The position numbers were made by a program, and so were the translations under genes. A stretch of 64,000 nucleotides of DNA. Origin: Candidatus Eiseniibacteriota bacterium (GTDB taxonomy: Bacteria > Eisenbacteria > RBG-16-71-46). Location: assembly GCA_963725865.1 (NCBI GenBank), contig CAVSAC010000019.1, positions 96,001-160,000 of the forward strand, given 5' to 3'. The notes beneath the pieces are model-generated. The model was not told the DNA's origin and did no database searches. It worked only from the letters and a program-made list of their open reading frames with translations. This document shows positions 20,234-31,524 of the stretch, piece after piece; position 1 is the first letter of the stretch; each line of letters opens with the position of its first letter.

Positions 20234-22650
20234 GTCTTGCGGAACCTCGCGGCGAACGCCCCGTCACAGCCGTGCACGTGCGGCAGCACGCGCATGAAGC
20301 CGTCGACGTCCACCACCGCGTCCGGCACCGTCCCGGTCGCGCTCTCGAGCACGAACTGCGGATTCTGCTGCAGGAAGGTCTCGACCACCTCGGTGGTCTC
20401 CTCGGGCTCGAACGAGCACACGCTGTACACCAGCACGCCGCCAGGCCGGGCGCGACGGCCGCCCGCCACCAGCAGGTCGAGCTGGACCGGCGGCATCTCG
20501 CGCAGCACCTCGGGGCCCTTGCGCCAGCGCGCGTCGGCGCGGCGGCCGATCACGCCCAGTCCCGAGCACGGCGCGTCCACCAGCACGCGGTCGAACGGCA
20601 TCGGGAAGGTGTAGGTGTGGCCGTCCCCGTGCACGACGTGCACCGCGTGCGTGCCGAGCCGCTTGACCGTGGCCTCGAGCGAGGCCACGCGCGCCTCGTT
20701 GCGCTCGAGCGCCCACACCTCGCCCTCGTCCTGCAGCAGCTCCGCGAGGTGCGTGCACTTGCCGCCCGGCGCCGCGCACAGGTCGAGCAGCCGCTCGTGC
20801 TGTTCCGGGCCGACCAGGCGCGCCACGAGCGCCTCGCTCTCGTCCTGCACGGTGCACCAGCCGTCCTTGAACGCGGCGAGCGCCGCCGGCGAGTGGTTGC
20901 CCTCGATCCACACCAGGTCGGGCGACAGCGCGGCCGGCGTCGCCTCGACACCCTCCTTCGCCAGGCGCTCGATCAGCGCCTCGCGGGTCCCGCGCAGCGC
21001 GTTCACGCGCAGTCCCGAGGGAATGGTGCGGTTGTTCGCCATCATCAGCGCGCGCGTATCGTCGACCCCGAAGCGCTCGCGCCAGCGCTCCACCAGCCAG
21101 CGCGGGTGCGAGCCCCAGATCGCCAGCGTGTCGACGTCGTCGCCCTCGGGATACGCGAGCGTCTCCTTCTCGTCGACCAGCCGACGCAGCACGCTGTTCA
21201 CCAGGCCGGCGGTGCCGGGATGGCCGTACTTGTGCGCGAGCTTCACGGACTCGTCCACCGCCGCGTGCGCCGGGACGCGGTCGAGGAACAGGATCTGATA
21301 GGCGCCCAGGCGGAGGATGTTGCGGATCCACGGCTGGGTCTGCGCCAAGCCGATGTGCACGCGCTGGTCGAGCGCCCAGTCGAGCCGCCCGCGCCAGCGC
21401 AGGGTGCCCTTCACGATCTCGTGCATAAGCGCGAGGTCGCGCGGGTCGGGACCGCCGCGCTGGTGCGCGCCGTCCAGCATGCGGTCGCTGAACGCCGCCC
21501 GCGTGTCCGCCGCGTGCAGGATGCGCAGCGCGGCCTCGCGCGGATTCGTCGGCAGCGCCGGCGTGTCGCGGTCGTCGTCGCGCGGCGCTCCGCTCGGACG
21601 CCCGCGATCGAAGTCGCCTCGACCACGGCCGCGGTCGGGACCGCCGCCGCGCGGATCGCGTCCGCGCCGGCCATCGGCGGGGCGGCCCTTCACCAGGCCG
21701 CGCCCCTCCTCGAAATGGAACGCGTTGCCGTAGAGCGGCCGCGAGCGGTTCACTGCACCCGCCTGCCCCTCGGGGCGCGGAGTCCCGGTGCGCGCGACGC
21801 GATCGCCGCGCTCGCGCGGGCCCCGCCCGTCGCCGTTGCGCGGACGCCGGTCGCCGCCCTCGCGTGGACGGCGGTCGCCGCCCTGGCGCGGCGCGCGGTC
21901 GCCGCCTGGGCGCGGTGCGCGGTCGCCGCCTTCGCGCGGGGCACGGTCGGACCACGGTCGCGGAGCGGGACCGCGGCGGTCGCCTCCGCGGCTGTCGCGG
22001 GGACCGCGGTCGCGGCCGGCGCGCGGGTCGCGACCGGAGCGCGGGTCGGGGCCGCGGCGCGCGCGGTCGTCGCGGCGCTCGCGACGATCGCCTTCGCGCG
22101 GAGCATCCCCGGGCAGCGGACGCGGCGGCACCGGCAGCGGCGCGCGACTGCTGCGGTCACGGACGAACGACGTGAAGCCGGTGCTCTCGGGCGAGGTTGG
22201 CGGCGGCGGCGCGTTCTCGCTCACCTCGGGTGCGCGCGGCGGATTCTCGGCCGGACGCGCCGGGCGCGGCCGGCGGCCGAACGCGTCGCCTCCGTCGCGC
22301 CGCTCGGGCGCCGCGGCGACCGCGGCGGGTGGCGTGGACTGCGGGACGACGTTCGAGATCCAGCGCTCGAACGTGCGCGCGGCTTCGGACGTCGGCCGGT
22401 TGGCGGCGGCGGGGGCCGGCGGATCGGTGTGACGGACGCGGGCGTCGGCCCGGGCCTCGCGCGGCGGAGCGCTGCGGCGCGCGGGCGCGTCGGGCCGCGT
22501 CGCGCGACTCGGCTCACTGCGTCGTGCGCCGGCGTCGGGGCGGTCGGCGCGGCCGGGCCGCGGCTTCGAAGTGCCGTCGTCGCGGCGACGGGCGGTCGGC
22601 GGGGTCGTGTCCACGCGCCCCCGGCGTCGCGGATTGCGGGCGTCGGTCAC
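20230..22650 (-). CDS. rsmB: 16S rRNA m5C967 methyltransferase RsmB with ~365-aa disordered N-terminal extension
   Basis: NusB-like domain (LRLGAYQILFLDRVPAHAAVDESV), VQDES, DLCAAPGGK, DAPCSGLG, YSVCS. GTG 22650 overlaps the fmt stop. Confidence 0.9.
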   Translation of the reverse strand: MTDARNPRRRGRVDTTPPTARRRDDGTSKPRPGRADRPDAGARRSEPSRATRPDAPARRSAPPREARADARVRHTDPPAPAAANRPTSEAARTFERWISNVVPQSTPPAAVAAAPERRDGGDAFGRRPRPARPAENPPRAPEVSENAPPPPTSPESTGFTSFVRDRSSRAPLPVPPRPLPGDAPREGDRRERRDDRARRGPDPRSGRDPRAGRDRGPRDSRGGDRRGPAPRPWSDRAPREGGDRAPRPGGDRAPRQGGDRRPREGGDRRPRNGDGRGPRERGDRVARTGTPRPEGQAGAVNRSRPLYGNAFHFEEGRGLVKGRPADGRRGRDPRGGGPDRGRGRGDFDRGRPSGAPRDDDRDTPALPTNPREAALRILHAADTRAAFSDRMLDGAHQRGGPDPRDLALMHEIVKGTLRWRGRLDWALDQRVHIGLAQTQPWIRNILRLGAYQILFLDRVPAHAAVDESVKLAHKYGHPGTAGLVNSVLRRLVDEKETLAYPEGDDVDTLAIWGSHPRWLVERWRERFGVDDTRALMMANNRTIPSGLRVNALRGTREALIERLAKEGVEATPAALSPDLVWIEGNHSPAALAAFKDGWCTVQDESEALVARLVGPEQHERLLDLCAAPGGKCTHLAELLQDEGEVWALERNEARVASLEATVKRLGTHAVHVVHGDGHTYTFPMPFDRVLVDAPCSGLGVIGRRADARWRKGPEVLREMPPVQLDLLVAGGRRARPGGVLVYSVCSFEPEETTEVVETFLQQNPQFVLESATGTVPDAVVDVDGFMRVLPHVHGCDGAFAARFRKT
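21848..21950. repeat. 24-bp coding tandem repeat (GGDRxPRx) in the rsmB extension
   Basis: CGGTCGCCGCC at 21848, 21872, 21896, 21920 and a degenerate copy at 21944. Confidence 0.8.
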
Positions 22651-23606
22651 GCGTGAGTCTCCTTCATCGTCTCCATCCGTCCTCCGAGGGTGAGTCTCGC
22701 GCCGCGCGCCCAGTCGGCTGCCGCCTGGTCGCCGCGGCCCTCCGGCCGCACGCGCGCCAGGCGCAGCGCGCCGGTCCCGCACGCCACCACCACACCATCT
22801 CCACGTGTCTCGATCACCGTGCCCGGTGGCGCGACGCCCGCCAGCAGATGCTCGGGCCACGCCTCACGCACGATGACGCGCTTGCCGTTCAGGGCGGTCG
22901 CGGCACCGGGCCACGGCGTCACCGCCCGCACGCGCTGCGCGATCGTGATCGCGTCCAGCGTCCAGTCGATCGCGCCGTCCTCCTTGCGCAGCTTGCGCGC
23001 GTAGGAGCCGGCTGCGCGGTCCTGCGGAGTCCGCGGCGCCCGCCCCGCGTGCGCGAGTGCCACGCTCTCCGCGAGCAGCGGCGCGCCGTCGGCCGCCAGC
23101 CGCGCCGCGAGCGTCTCCGCGTCGTCGGCGGGTGCGATCGCCAGCATGCGCTGCAGGATCATGTCGCCGGTGTCGAGCCCCGCGTCCATGAACATCGTCG
23201 TGCACCCCGTCCACGCGCGGCCGTCCCACAGCGCGCGCTGGATCGGCGACGCGCCGCGATACTCCGGCAGCAGCGACGCGTGCAGGTTGACCGCGCCGGC
23301 GCGTGGCACGTCGAGCAGCGCCTGCGGCAGGATCATCCCGAACGCCACCACCACCAGCACATCGGGCCGCGCGGCCGCGATCGCCGCCCAGTCCTTCGCG
23401 TCCTTGAGCCGCTCCGGCCGCGCCACCGGCAGCCCGAGCGTCGCGGCCTCGGCCGCGACCGCCGACGGCGCCAGCGCCAGCCCACGGCCGCGCGGCCGGT
23501 CGGGCTGGGTGACGACCAGCGCGAGCTCGCAGCCGTGCGCCAGCGCACGCAGCGCGGGCACCGCGAACGGTGGCGTGCCCATGAATACCACCCGGGGACG
23601 GCTCAG
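22647..23606 (-). CDS. fmt: Methionyl-tRNA formyltransferase
   Basis: VVFMGTPPFA, TQPDRPRGRG, NLHASLLPEYRGASPIQ, GLDTGD, TPWPGA. Probable CTG start at 23606; alternative GTG 23591. Confidence 0.95.
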   Translation of the reverse strand: MSRPRVVFMGTPPFAVPALRALAHGCELALVVTQPDRPRGRGLALAPSAVAAEAATLGLPVARPERLKDAKDWAAIAAARPDVLVVVAFGMILPQALLDVPRAGAVNLHASLLPEYRGASPIQRALWDGRAWTGCTTMFMDAGLDTGDMILQRMLAIAPADDAETLAARLAADGAPLLAESVALAHAGRAPRTPQDRAAGSYARKLRKEDGAIDWTLDAITIAQRVRAVTPWPGAATALNGKRVIVREAWPEHLLAGVAPPGTVIETRGDGVVVACGTGALRLARVRPEGRGDQAAADWARGARLTLGGRMETMKETHA

Positions 23607-24151
23607 AGCGACTCCTCCGCCGACGGACGCCGGTGGTCCTCGGGCAGCTCGCCGCGCGCCAGCGCGTCGAGCGAGCGCCGCAGGAACTGCCGCTTGAGAG
23701 GGGACAGCCGGTCCACGAACAGCACTCCGTCGAGATGGTCGATCTCGTGCTGCAGCGCGCGCGCCAGGAAGCCCTCGGCCTCGATCCGAAGTGGCGCGCC
23801 GTGCTCGTCGAGCCCGCGCACCTGGACCCGCAGCGCGCGCGTGACTTCTTCGTAGACACCGGGCATCGACAGGCAGCCTTCCTCACCCACCTGCGAGCCG
23901 GCGCGCGCGTCCACTTCCGGATTCACGACCGCGTAGCTCGCGCGGTGCTCCTCGTCGAGCGGCACGTCCACCACCAGCACCCGCTGCGCGACGCCCACCT
24001 GGTTGGCCGCCAGGCCGACGCCGTTGTAGGCCTTCATGGTCTCGCGCATGTCGCTCACCAGTTGGCGCACCGAGTCGTCGACCGAGGTGATCTCGGCCGC
24101 CTTCTGCCGCAGCACCGGGTCGCCGTAGATGCGCACCGGACGCACCGCCAT
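23603..24151 (-). CDS. def: Peptide deformylase
   Basis: GVGLAANQVG, EGCLS, QHEIDHLDG. Confidence 0.97.
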   Translation of the reverse strand: MAVRPVRIYGDPVLRQKAAEITSVDDSVRQLVSDMRETMKAYNGVGLAANQVGVAQRVLVVDVPLDEEHRASYAVVNPEVDARAGSQVGEEGCLSMPGVYEEVTRALRVQVRGLDEHGAPLRIEAEGFLARALQHEIDHLDGVLFVDRLSPLKRQFLRRSLDALARGELPEDHRRPSAEESL

Positions 24152-24474
24152 CAGGCACCCTTCTCCTGCAGGACCTGCACCACGGCGCTCTTGAGGAATT
24201 CCATCTTCACGTCGTCGGCGACCTTCAGCACGATCTTGGCGTCGTCGACGCCGACCACGGTGCCGAGCATCCCGCCCGAGGTCACCACGCGATCGCCCTT
24301 CTTCAGGGCCTTGATCATCAGCTGCATCTTCTTCTGCTGTTGCTGCTGCGGACGGATCAGCAGGAAGTACATGATGACGAAGATCAGCAGGATGGGGCCG
24401 AACTGCACCAGCATGCCAATCGTCGAGTTCCCGGCCGGCACGGCACCGGTCTGCGCCCAGGCATCACTCCACAT
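24151..24474 (-). CDS. yajC: Preprotein translocase subunit YajC
   Basis: [24 protein letters not shown]; downstream of tgt. Confidence 0.93.
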   Translation of the reverse strand: MWSDAWAQTGAVPAGNSTIGMLVQFGPILLIFVIMYFLLIRPQQQQQKKMQLMIKALKKGDRVVTSGGMLGTVVGVDDAKIVLKVADDVKMEFLKSAVVQVLQEKGA

Positions 24475-24494
24475 GGATGGATCCTCGGATTCGG

Positions 24495-25665
<1,171 letters not shown>

Positions 25666-25731
25666 CCGGGCCTCGGCCCCGCTCGAGTCGGTGCTCGCGG
25701 GCCGCAAAGTGCGTTGAACGTACGGGCGAGC

Positions 25732-25761
25732 ACTGTACGGGGAGCCCGGTGCGCCGGTCAA
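25732..25761 (-). promoter_or_regulatory. Putative sigma70 promoter of the tgt operon, TTGACC-N18-TACAGT
   Basis: Same hexamers and spacing as the acpS promoter candidate. Confidence 0.5.
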
Positions 25762-25791
25762 GAGGCCAGCGCGACCGGGCACCCGGTCCGA

Positions 25792-26556
25792 TCAACGATA
25801 CAGCGTCTTGATCTGTCCCCAGGTGGTGCGATTCGCCGGGGGATCTGCAGGAGGCGGTAGTCGCCGATCGACGCCGACTGAGAGCCGGAAGCTGCGAAGA
25901 TCCCACCAGTCGCCGGTAGCGGATGTCGCCGACCCCGTTGGGTTGGATCAGCGTCAGGTTGACGAAACGCATCGCACGCACGCTCCGCAGCCAGCGCATG
26001 CGTCGGCGCCGGTCGTGCGCTGGCGCCGGACCGTGATCGAGTACAGGAACAGCTCGGTGCCCAGGTGCCGGCTGGGGCGCGTGCACGGCGGCGTCGAAAT
26101 CGACTGCGGACATCGTGCGGATGCGAATGCGATCGTCCTGGATCGGGCCGTTCGGGTCCCCGACTGCGGCGTCGGGCCCGATCTGGTAGGTGCTCGACTC
26201 CGATCAGGCCACCCGGGATCGAGCCGAAGTAGTCGATAGCACGAGTAGGGACCGCCGTCGAAACCGACCACGACTGCCTCCGTCGGTCGGCACCGGCCCG
26301 GCACCCACCTTCCACCACGCCGGCACGGGTTCGTGGAAGTCGACAGTGATCGTGGACTCCTCCCCGACCAGCGCGACGAGCTACCGGCGCATCCACCGAG
26401 GCCGACGACCACGAATGCCGTGCCGCTGTCGGAGGCGCACGACCAGTCCGCGTGGTCGACGCCTCCGCAGTCGGAGAGCGCGAGGTGGAGCTCGGCTCGG
26501 GCCGCGGTCGCCAGGCACAGCAGTGCGACGAGTCCACAGGAGGCGACGCGATTCAT
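25792..26556 (-). CDS. Secreted Cys-rich hypothetical protein ending TTWGQIKTLYR; several indels (sequencing error or pseudogene)
   Basis: GAGGAG RBS and signal peptide MNRVASCGLVALLCLATAARA. Coding fragments switch frames (VGEESTITVDF..PAWW, DYFGSIPGG, TTGADACAGC, NLTLIQPNGVGD) and end PPANRTTWGQIKTLYR*. Confidence 0.65.
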
Positions 26557-26728
26557 GGCGAACTCCTCGAAGCGACGCGCGGTGGCTCGCGGGACGCTTC
26601 GAGCGCTGGAGGCCGCCGGCGACCCGTTGGCCCCGCGGCCGCTGAGAGCGGGGCCACCCGCTGACGGCGACGATTGTCCACCCGCTGCCGGGCCCGGGGC
26701 AATCGGTTCCCATAGCGCGTCTCGATCC

Positions 26729-26757
26729 TTGACTCGCCCGCGCGCCGCTCGCAGACT
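26729..26757 (+). promoter_or_regulatory. Putative sigma70 promoter TTGACT-N17-CAGACT
   Basis: About 65 bp upstream of the receptor ATG. Confidence 0.4.
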
Positions 26758-26821
26758 GCGCCGACGGCGCACCCATCGCGCGCCAGCGCGACCGGGCGCA
26801 GTGCATACCGAGAGGTCCCCG

Positions 26822-29246
26822 ATGCCCAGCCTGGCCCTGGCGCTCCTCGTCGCCGCCGCACTCTCCTCGCCCACCGCGGCTCCCTGACGACAGTCTCCCG
26901 CCGCCCTCGCGCGTGGTGCGCCGCTTCGAGGAGATCGTGGTGCGGGCCGAACGCGAGGACCCGTTCGTCACCCACAGCGGCCGCACGCTCGACCGCACCA
27001 GCCTCATCCACCTGCCGATCGACCGCCTCGCCGACGCGCTCGCGCTGCAGACCGGCGTGGTGGCGCAGGGCGGCGCGCTCCACGTGCGCGGCGGCCGGGC
27101 CGGCGAGGCGCCGCTGACGCTCGACGGGATGCCGTTCGTGGAGCCGTTCCGCGAGGCGCTGCTGGAGCTGCCGCTCTCGTCGCTGGAGTCCGTCGAGCTG
27201 CAGACCGGCGCACTCGAGGCGCGCCATCCGGGGGCCCTCGCGGGAGTGGCGGCGGCGGAGCTGGCGGCGCCACCGCGGCGGCCGACGCTGGACGCGCAAT
27301 GGCAGAGCGTGCCGTGGTCGCGGCGCCAGCAGGATCGCCTCGCGCTGCGCGCGGGCGCGCCGCTCGCGCGCACCGGGTTTGGCGTGGCGACCGACCTCGA
27401 GGCGGGGTTCGCCGATCCGCCGTGGCGGGACCTCCGCACCGAGTCGCGCCACCGCGTGCTGGGCGCCTCGCTCGGCTGGCGCGCCGACAACCGGCTGCTC
27501 GCGCACGCGCGGCTCGGCACACTGGCGAGCCCCGGCGCGGAGGCGCCCGCGGGAACGCGCGCCTCGCTCGACGTGCTCGCGGGGCACACGCTCGAGCAGC
27601 CGTACGATCCGGCGTGGTCGCTCGACGGCTGGATGAACGACTGCCCCGATCCGCCGGACTGCCCCCAGGCGCCCGCTTTCAGCCCGACGCCCGGGCCGGG
27701 CTTCACGCGCCGCTACAAGGCGGCGGACCATCTCGCGATGACCGACGCACGGCACCTCGGCCTGCTGCTCGGCGCCTCGCGACCGCTGCGCGGCGGCCGG
27801 CTGCAGGGAGGGCTCGGCTGGCTGCGCACGCGCGAGATCGTCTCGGTCGGCGGCGGCGACGATCCGTGGTATCTGATCCCCGAGCGGTTCCCGGTGTTCG
27901 GGCAGCCGGAGACGCCGTACAACGATCCCTTCCATCTCTACGGCGGCGACGAGCCCTACTTCCGCCGCCGCATCGGCGAGAGCCTGTGGGGCCAGCTCGC
28001 GTGGGACCGCGCGCTCGCGCGCGGCCACGTGGCGGCGGGGCTCGGCGGCATGCGGCGGCACCTGGAGTTCTACGAGGCGGATCTCTCCTCGATGGGGACC
28101 AGCCTCGACTCGATCCGCACCTACCATGCCACCGCGCCGCAGTGGTTCGCGTGGGGGCAGGAGCGCTGGATGTTCGAGGGCCTGGTGCTCAATGCCGGCC
28201 TGCGCGTCCAGCGTTTCTCGGCCGGCCGCGGGACCGGCGTGCCGGCCGGCGCCGACGCGCCGGCGCCGGTGTGGTCGTTCTCGCCACGGCTCGGTCTCGC
28301 CTACCCGGTCTCGGTGCGCGACGTGTTCTCGCTCGCCTACGCGCGCATTCAGCAGGACCCGGCGCCCGACCTGCTGTACGAGAATCGCACCGCGCCCACC
28401 AACAACCACCCGCTCGGCAATCCGCGCCTGGTGCCGGCCACCGTGATCACCTACGAGGCCGCGGTGCGGCATCTGCTCGACCGGGGGTGGTCGCTGCAGG
28501 CCTCGACGTTCTTCCGCGATCTGTTCGACGTGGTGGGCTCCGCCAGCACCCGCGCGCCCGTCCTGCTGCCGCGGCTGCGCTACGAGAACATCGACGAGGC
28601 GCAGGTGACCGGCTTCGAGCTCGCGCTGCGGCACGAGTCCCCGCGCGTGCGCGGCCACCTGACCTACACGTGGATGGACGCGCGCGGCACCCTGTCGCGC
28701 GAGGAGGGCGTCCCCTACGGGCCGCTGGTCGGCCCGCGCGCGGTGACGCGCGGCCAGCATCCGCTCGACTGGGACCGCCGCCACGGCGTGGCGCTCGCGC
28801 TCGACTGGACGCCCGCGCGCGCGTGGTCGTTCGCGTGGACCACCGAGGCGGGCACCGGCCTGCCGTGGACGCCGCGCGAGCGCCGCGCGCCGGAGGCCGA
28901 CGTCTCGCGCGAGAACTCGCGCCGCCTCCGCGGCAGCGAGACCAGCGCGTTCGCGGCGCGCTGGTCGCCGCGGCAGGGCGGCGGGCGCCTCACGCTCGGT
29001 CTCGACGTGCACAACGTGTTCGACTCGCGCCACGACCTGGCGGCCACCGTCGACGGCTATCCGAACCTCATCATCAACGCGCTCTACGACGACTACGGCG
29101 CGTACCGCACCGAGACCGGCCGCGGCGGCGGCGCCTACTGGAACGACATCACCGGCGACGGGAAGCCCGGCTGGGTGCCGGTGCACGACCCGCGGCTCGT
29201 GAGCCCCGCGCGCAGCGTGCGCTTCCTGCTCGCCACGCGCTGGTGA
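26822..29246 (+). CDS. TonB-dependent receptor-like outer-membrane protein; +1 frameshift near 26883
   Basis: Signal peptide MPSLALALLVAAALS joins the long ORF if one C is removed. Plug (LHVRGGRAGE..LDGMP), barrel motifs NAGLR, SPRLGLAYPVS, GNPRL, NVFD, C-terminal Trp. Confidence 0.8.
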
Positions 29247-29302
29247 ACGCTTCGGGCGCGCGCTCCGGGTGGAGCGCGCGCCCGCGTACGCTCGATCGAG
29301 GC

Positions 29303-29977
29303 TCAGCCTTCGACGCCGTCGTCCCCGGCGTCGTCATCCTCGTCGTCGGACCCCCAGCCCACGCCCGGTCCCATTTCCATGCCGCCCAGCCCCATGGTCC
29401 CGTGCAGCTCGCGCGCCTTCTTCTGCTGCTCGGGCGTCAGCAGTGCTCGCACCTCGATCAGCGCGCCGAGGTGGGCCTTCTGGATCGATGCCCGCAGCGC
29501 CGCGAGCTTGTCGACCTGCGCTTCGACCGCACGCGCGTCCGGCTTGTCCGCGCGCATCAGCTTGCTCAGGTCCATCGCCGCCAGCCGCAGGTCGGCCTGG
29601 GTCTGAACGTTCTTGCGCGCGACACGCTCGTGGATCGCCGTCACCTTCTCACGCTGCGCGTCGGTCAGGTCGAGCGCGTGGAGCATCGCGAGCCCGGCAC
29701 CGGGGCCGCGGCCCATGCCGGCTCCCATGCGGCCGTGACCGCGCGCGCCCATGCGGCCGCAGGCGCAGGCCGCGCCACTGCGCATGCCCTCGCCGCCCAT
29801 CCCCATGTGCGCGGCGCCCGGCGCCATGCCGTGCGCGCCCATGTTGCCGTGCATGCCCTTGCCGGCCGCCGGCGGATCAGCGGCCGCGGGCTTGCCGCCC
29901 TGCGCCCACGCTATCACCGCCACCAGCATGAGCGTCATCGCCATGATGGCGATCGTCGTCTTCCTCGTCATGGTCAT
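29303..29977 (-). CDS. Spy/CpxP (ZraP-like) periplasmic protein, Met/Gly/His-rich
   Basis: Signal peptide; LDLTDAQREK and LLTPEQQKK motifs; MG-rich linker. Confidence 0.8.
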   Translation of the reverse strand: MTMTRKTTIAIMAMTLMLVAVIAWAQGGKPAAADPPAAGKGMHGNMGAHGMAPGAAHMGMGGEGMRSGAACACGRMGARGHGRMGAGMGRGPGAGLAMLHALDLTDAQREKVTAIHERVARKNVQTQADLRLAAMDLSKLMRADKPDARAVEAQVDKLAALRASIQKAHLGALIEVRALLTPEQQKKARELHGTMGLGGMEMGPGVGWGSDDEDDDAGDDGVEG

Positions 29978-30447
29978 CGTCCCTCTCCTGGTTCCGGGGG
30001 TGCGCCCGGCCGCCTGCCCTCGTCGTCGTCATGCAGCGGGCGGCCGGAGCGCCCGTGCCAGGACTGCCGGTAGTGGGTGAGCAGCGCACGCCAGCGCGTG
30101 CGCTGCGCGTCGGTGAGTTCGCGCTCGATCGCGGCGTGGGTGCTGTCGCGCAGCGCCAGGTGCCGCTGGCGCAGATTCTCGAGCGCCGCGAGGATGCGTT
30201 CGTGCTGCTGGGGCGTCAGGTTCAGCTCGCGGTCGAGGTGCGCCAGCAGCGGTCGCGGCATCACGCGCGCACCGGGGCCCATCCCCATCGGCCCGAACTC
30301 CGGTCCTTCCATCGGTGAGCCGCCGCCCATGCGGCCGTGCAGCGGACCGCCGAAGCGCATGAACGCGATTCCGGCCACCAGGCCGATCGCCACGCCCACG
30401 ACGAGCGATGCCGCCACCGCGATCGCCAGCCCGCGCCTGCCATTCAT
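29974..30447 (-). CDS. Membrane-anchored Spy/CpxP-like (heavy-metal sensor-like) protein
   Basis: TM segment, then LNLTPQQ and LTDAQR motifs. Confidence 0.7.
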   Translation of the reverse strand: MNGRRGLAIAVAASLVVGVAIGLVAGIAFMRFGGPLHGRMGGGSPMEGPEFGPMGMGPGARVMPRPLLAHLDRELNLTPQQHERILAALENLRQRHLALRDSTHAAIERELTDAQRTRWRALLTHYRQSWHGRSGRPLHDDDEGRRPGAPPEPGEGR

Positions 30448-30818
30448 CGCGTGGCTCCACTGTCGTACGCCGCCGGCGCGGAGCGCGTCGGGAGCGCGGG
30501 CCCCACGCCGACCTCACTGGCGCTGCTCTGGTCGAGTTCCGCCACCAGGGCGTCCCCCAGGTCGTCCGAGGCGACGACGGTCGTGACGCGCGGCGTGGTC
30601 ACGACCAGCGCGACCGAGGCCACCACCGAGACCACCAGCAGCGACAGTGCCGCCGCCAGTGCCGCCGGGCGCATGCTCCACGCCAGCCAGCGCGGCCGTC
30701 GCTCCGCCGCCTCGATGCGCGCCCGCACGCGCGTCCACAGCGCGGGCTCGGCGTCCGCACGCACCGACGCGAGCAACCGGTCCAGCTGTTCGTCCTCGCG
30801 CCGCGTCTCGTCGGTCAT
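30444..30818 (-). CDS. Putative anti-sigma factor (single TM)
   Basis: P.LWTRVRARI, then a TM helix; ATGA-coupled to the ECF gene. Confidence 0.65.
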   Translation of the reverse strand: MTDETRREDEQLDRLLASVRADAEPALWTRVRARIEAAERRPRWLAWSMRPAALAAALSLLVVSVVASVALVVTTPRVTTVVASDDLGDALVAELDQSSASEVGVGPALPTRSAPAAYDSGATR

Positions 30819-31393
30819 GGTCTGCCTCCGCCTTCCGATCCCGCGCGCAGCACGCTCTTGAGCGTCTCGCGCGCACGGTACAGTCGTGACTTCACCGATG
30901 CGACGGTCGTGCCCATCGCCTCGGACACCTCCTCGTACGACAATCCCAGCCGGTCGCGCAGCACCACCGCCTCGCGCTGCTCCGCGGGCAGCTCGGCGAT
31001 CGCGCGTTCGAGCGCGGCCACCAGCCGCGGCGTGTCGATCGCCTCGTCCCACCCCGCCACCGGATCGACCCGCAGGCCCGCGTGGGCGATCGGGTCGTGA
31101 TCCTCCGGCGGTCCGCCCGCGAACCGCCGCCGGCGCAGCAGGTCGCGGCTGCGATTGGCGACGATCCTCAGCACCCAGGTCCTGAGTCCCCGCTCGCCCC
31201 GGAATCCCGGTGCCGCGTCGCGGATGCGCAGGAGCGCGTCCTCCACCACGTCGGCGGCCTCGTCCGGATCGCGCAGGAGACTGCGCGCGAGCGTGGTCAT
31301 CGCGCTTCCGTACACGCGATACACCTCACCGAGCGCCTCCAGATCGCGGGCGCGCAGCCGGTCGATGAGCTCACGTTCGGTCGTCGGTCCCAG
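30815..31393 (-). CDS. ECF RNA polymerase sigma factor
   Basis: ERELIDRLRARDLEALGEVY, EAADVVEDA, TWVLRIVANRSRD, LPAEQREAVVLR..SYEEV..SVKSRLYRAR. Probable CTG start 5 nt after GGAGG. Confidence 0.88.
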   Translation of the reverse strand: MGPTTERELIDRLRARDLEALGEVYRVYGSAMTTLARSLLRDPDEAADVVEDALLRIRDAAPGFRGERGLRTWVLRIVANRSRDLLRRRRFAGGPPEDHDPIAHAGLRVDPVAGWDEAIDTPRLVAALERAIAELPAEQREAVVLRDRLGLSYEEVSEAMGTTVASVKSRLYRARETLKSVLRAGSEGGGRP

Positions 31394-31419
31394 TCGCCCC
31401 TCCGCGCATCCAGTGGATG

Positions 31420-31444
31420 GACGTCCGAGCCGGGTCGAAGTTGC
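31420..31444 (-). promoter_or_regulatory. Putative autoregulatory ECF promoter GCAAC-N16-CGTC
   Basis: Classic AAC/CGT ECF arrangement immediately upstream of the ECF gene. Confidence 0.55.
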
Positions 31445-31455
31445 GGCCCGCGGGC

Positions 31456-31485
31456 TTGACCCTGCTCCGGCCCGGTCCCTACAGT
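31456..31485 (+). promoter_or_regulatory. Putative sigma70 promoter of the acpS operon, TTGACC-N18-TACAGT
   Basis: Back-to-back with the ECF promoter; about 40 bp upstream of acpS. Confidence 0.5.
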
Positions 31486-31524
31486 CGCGGCCTGCAAGGT
31501 ACCCCAGGCGATGCGGGAGGCGCG

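Noticed and set aside
21848..21950. Regularly spaced repeats as a possible CRISPR array
   Set aside because: 24-bp period, in-frame coding, no spacer-sized unique segments and no cas genes.
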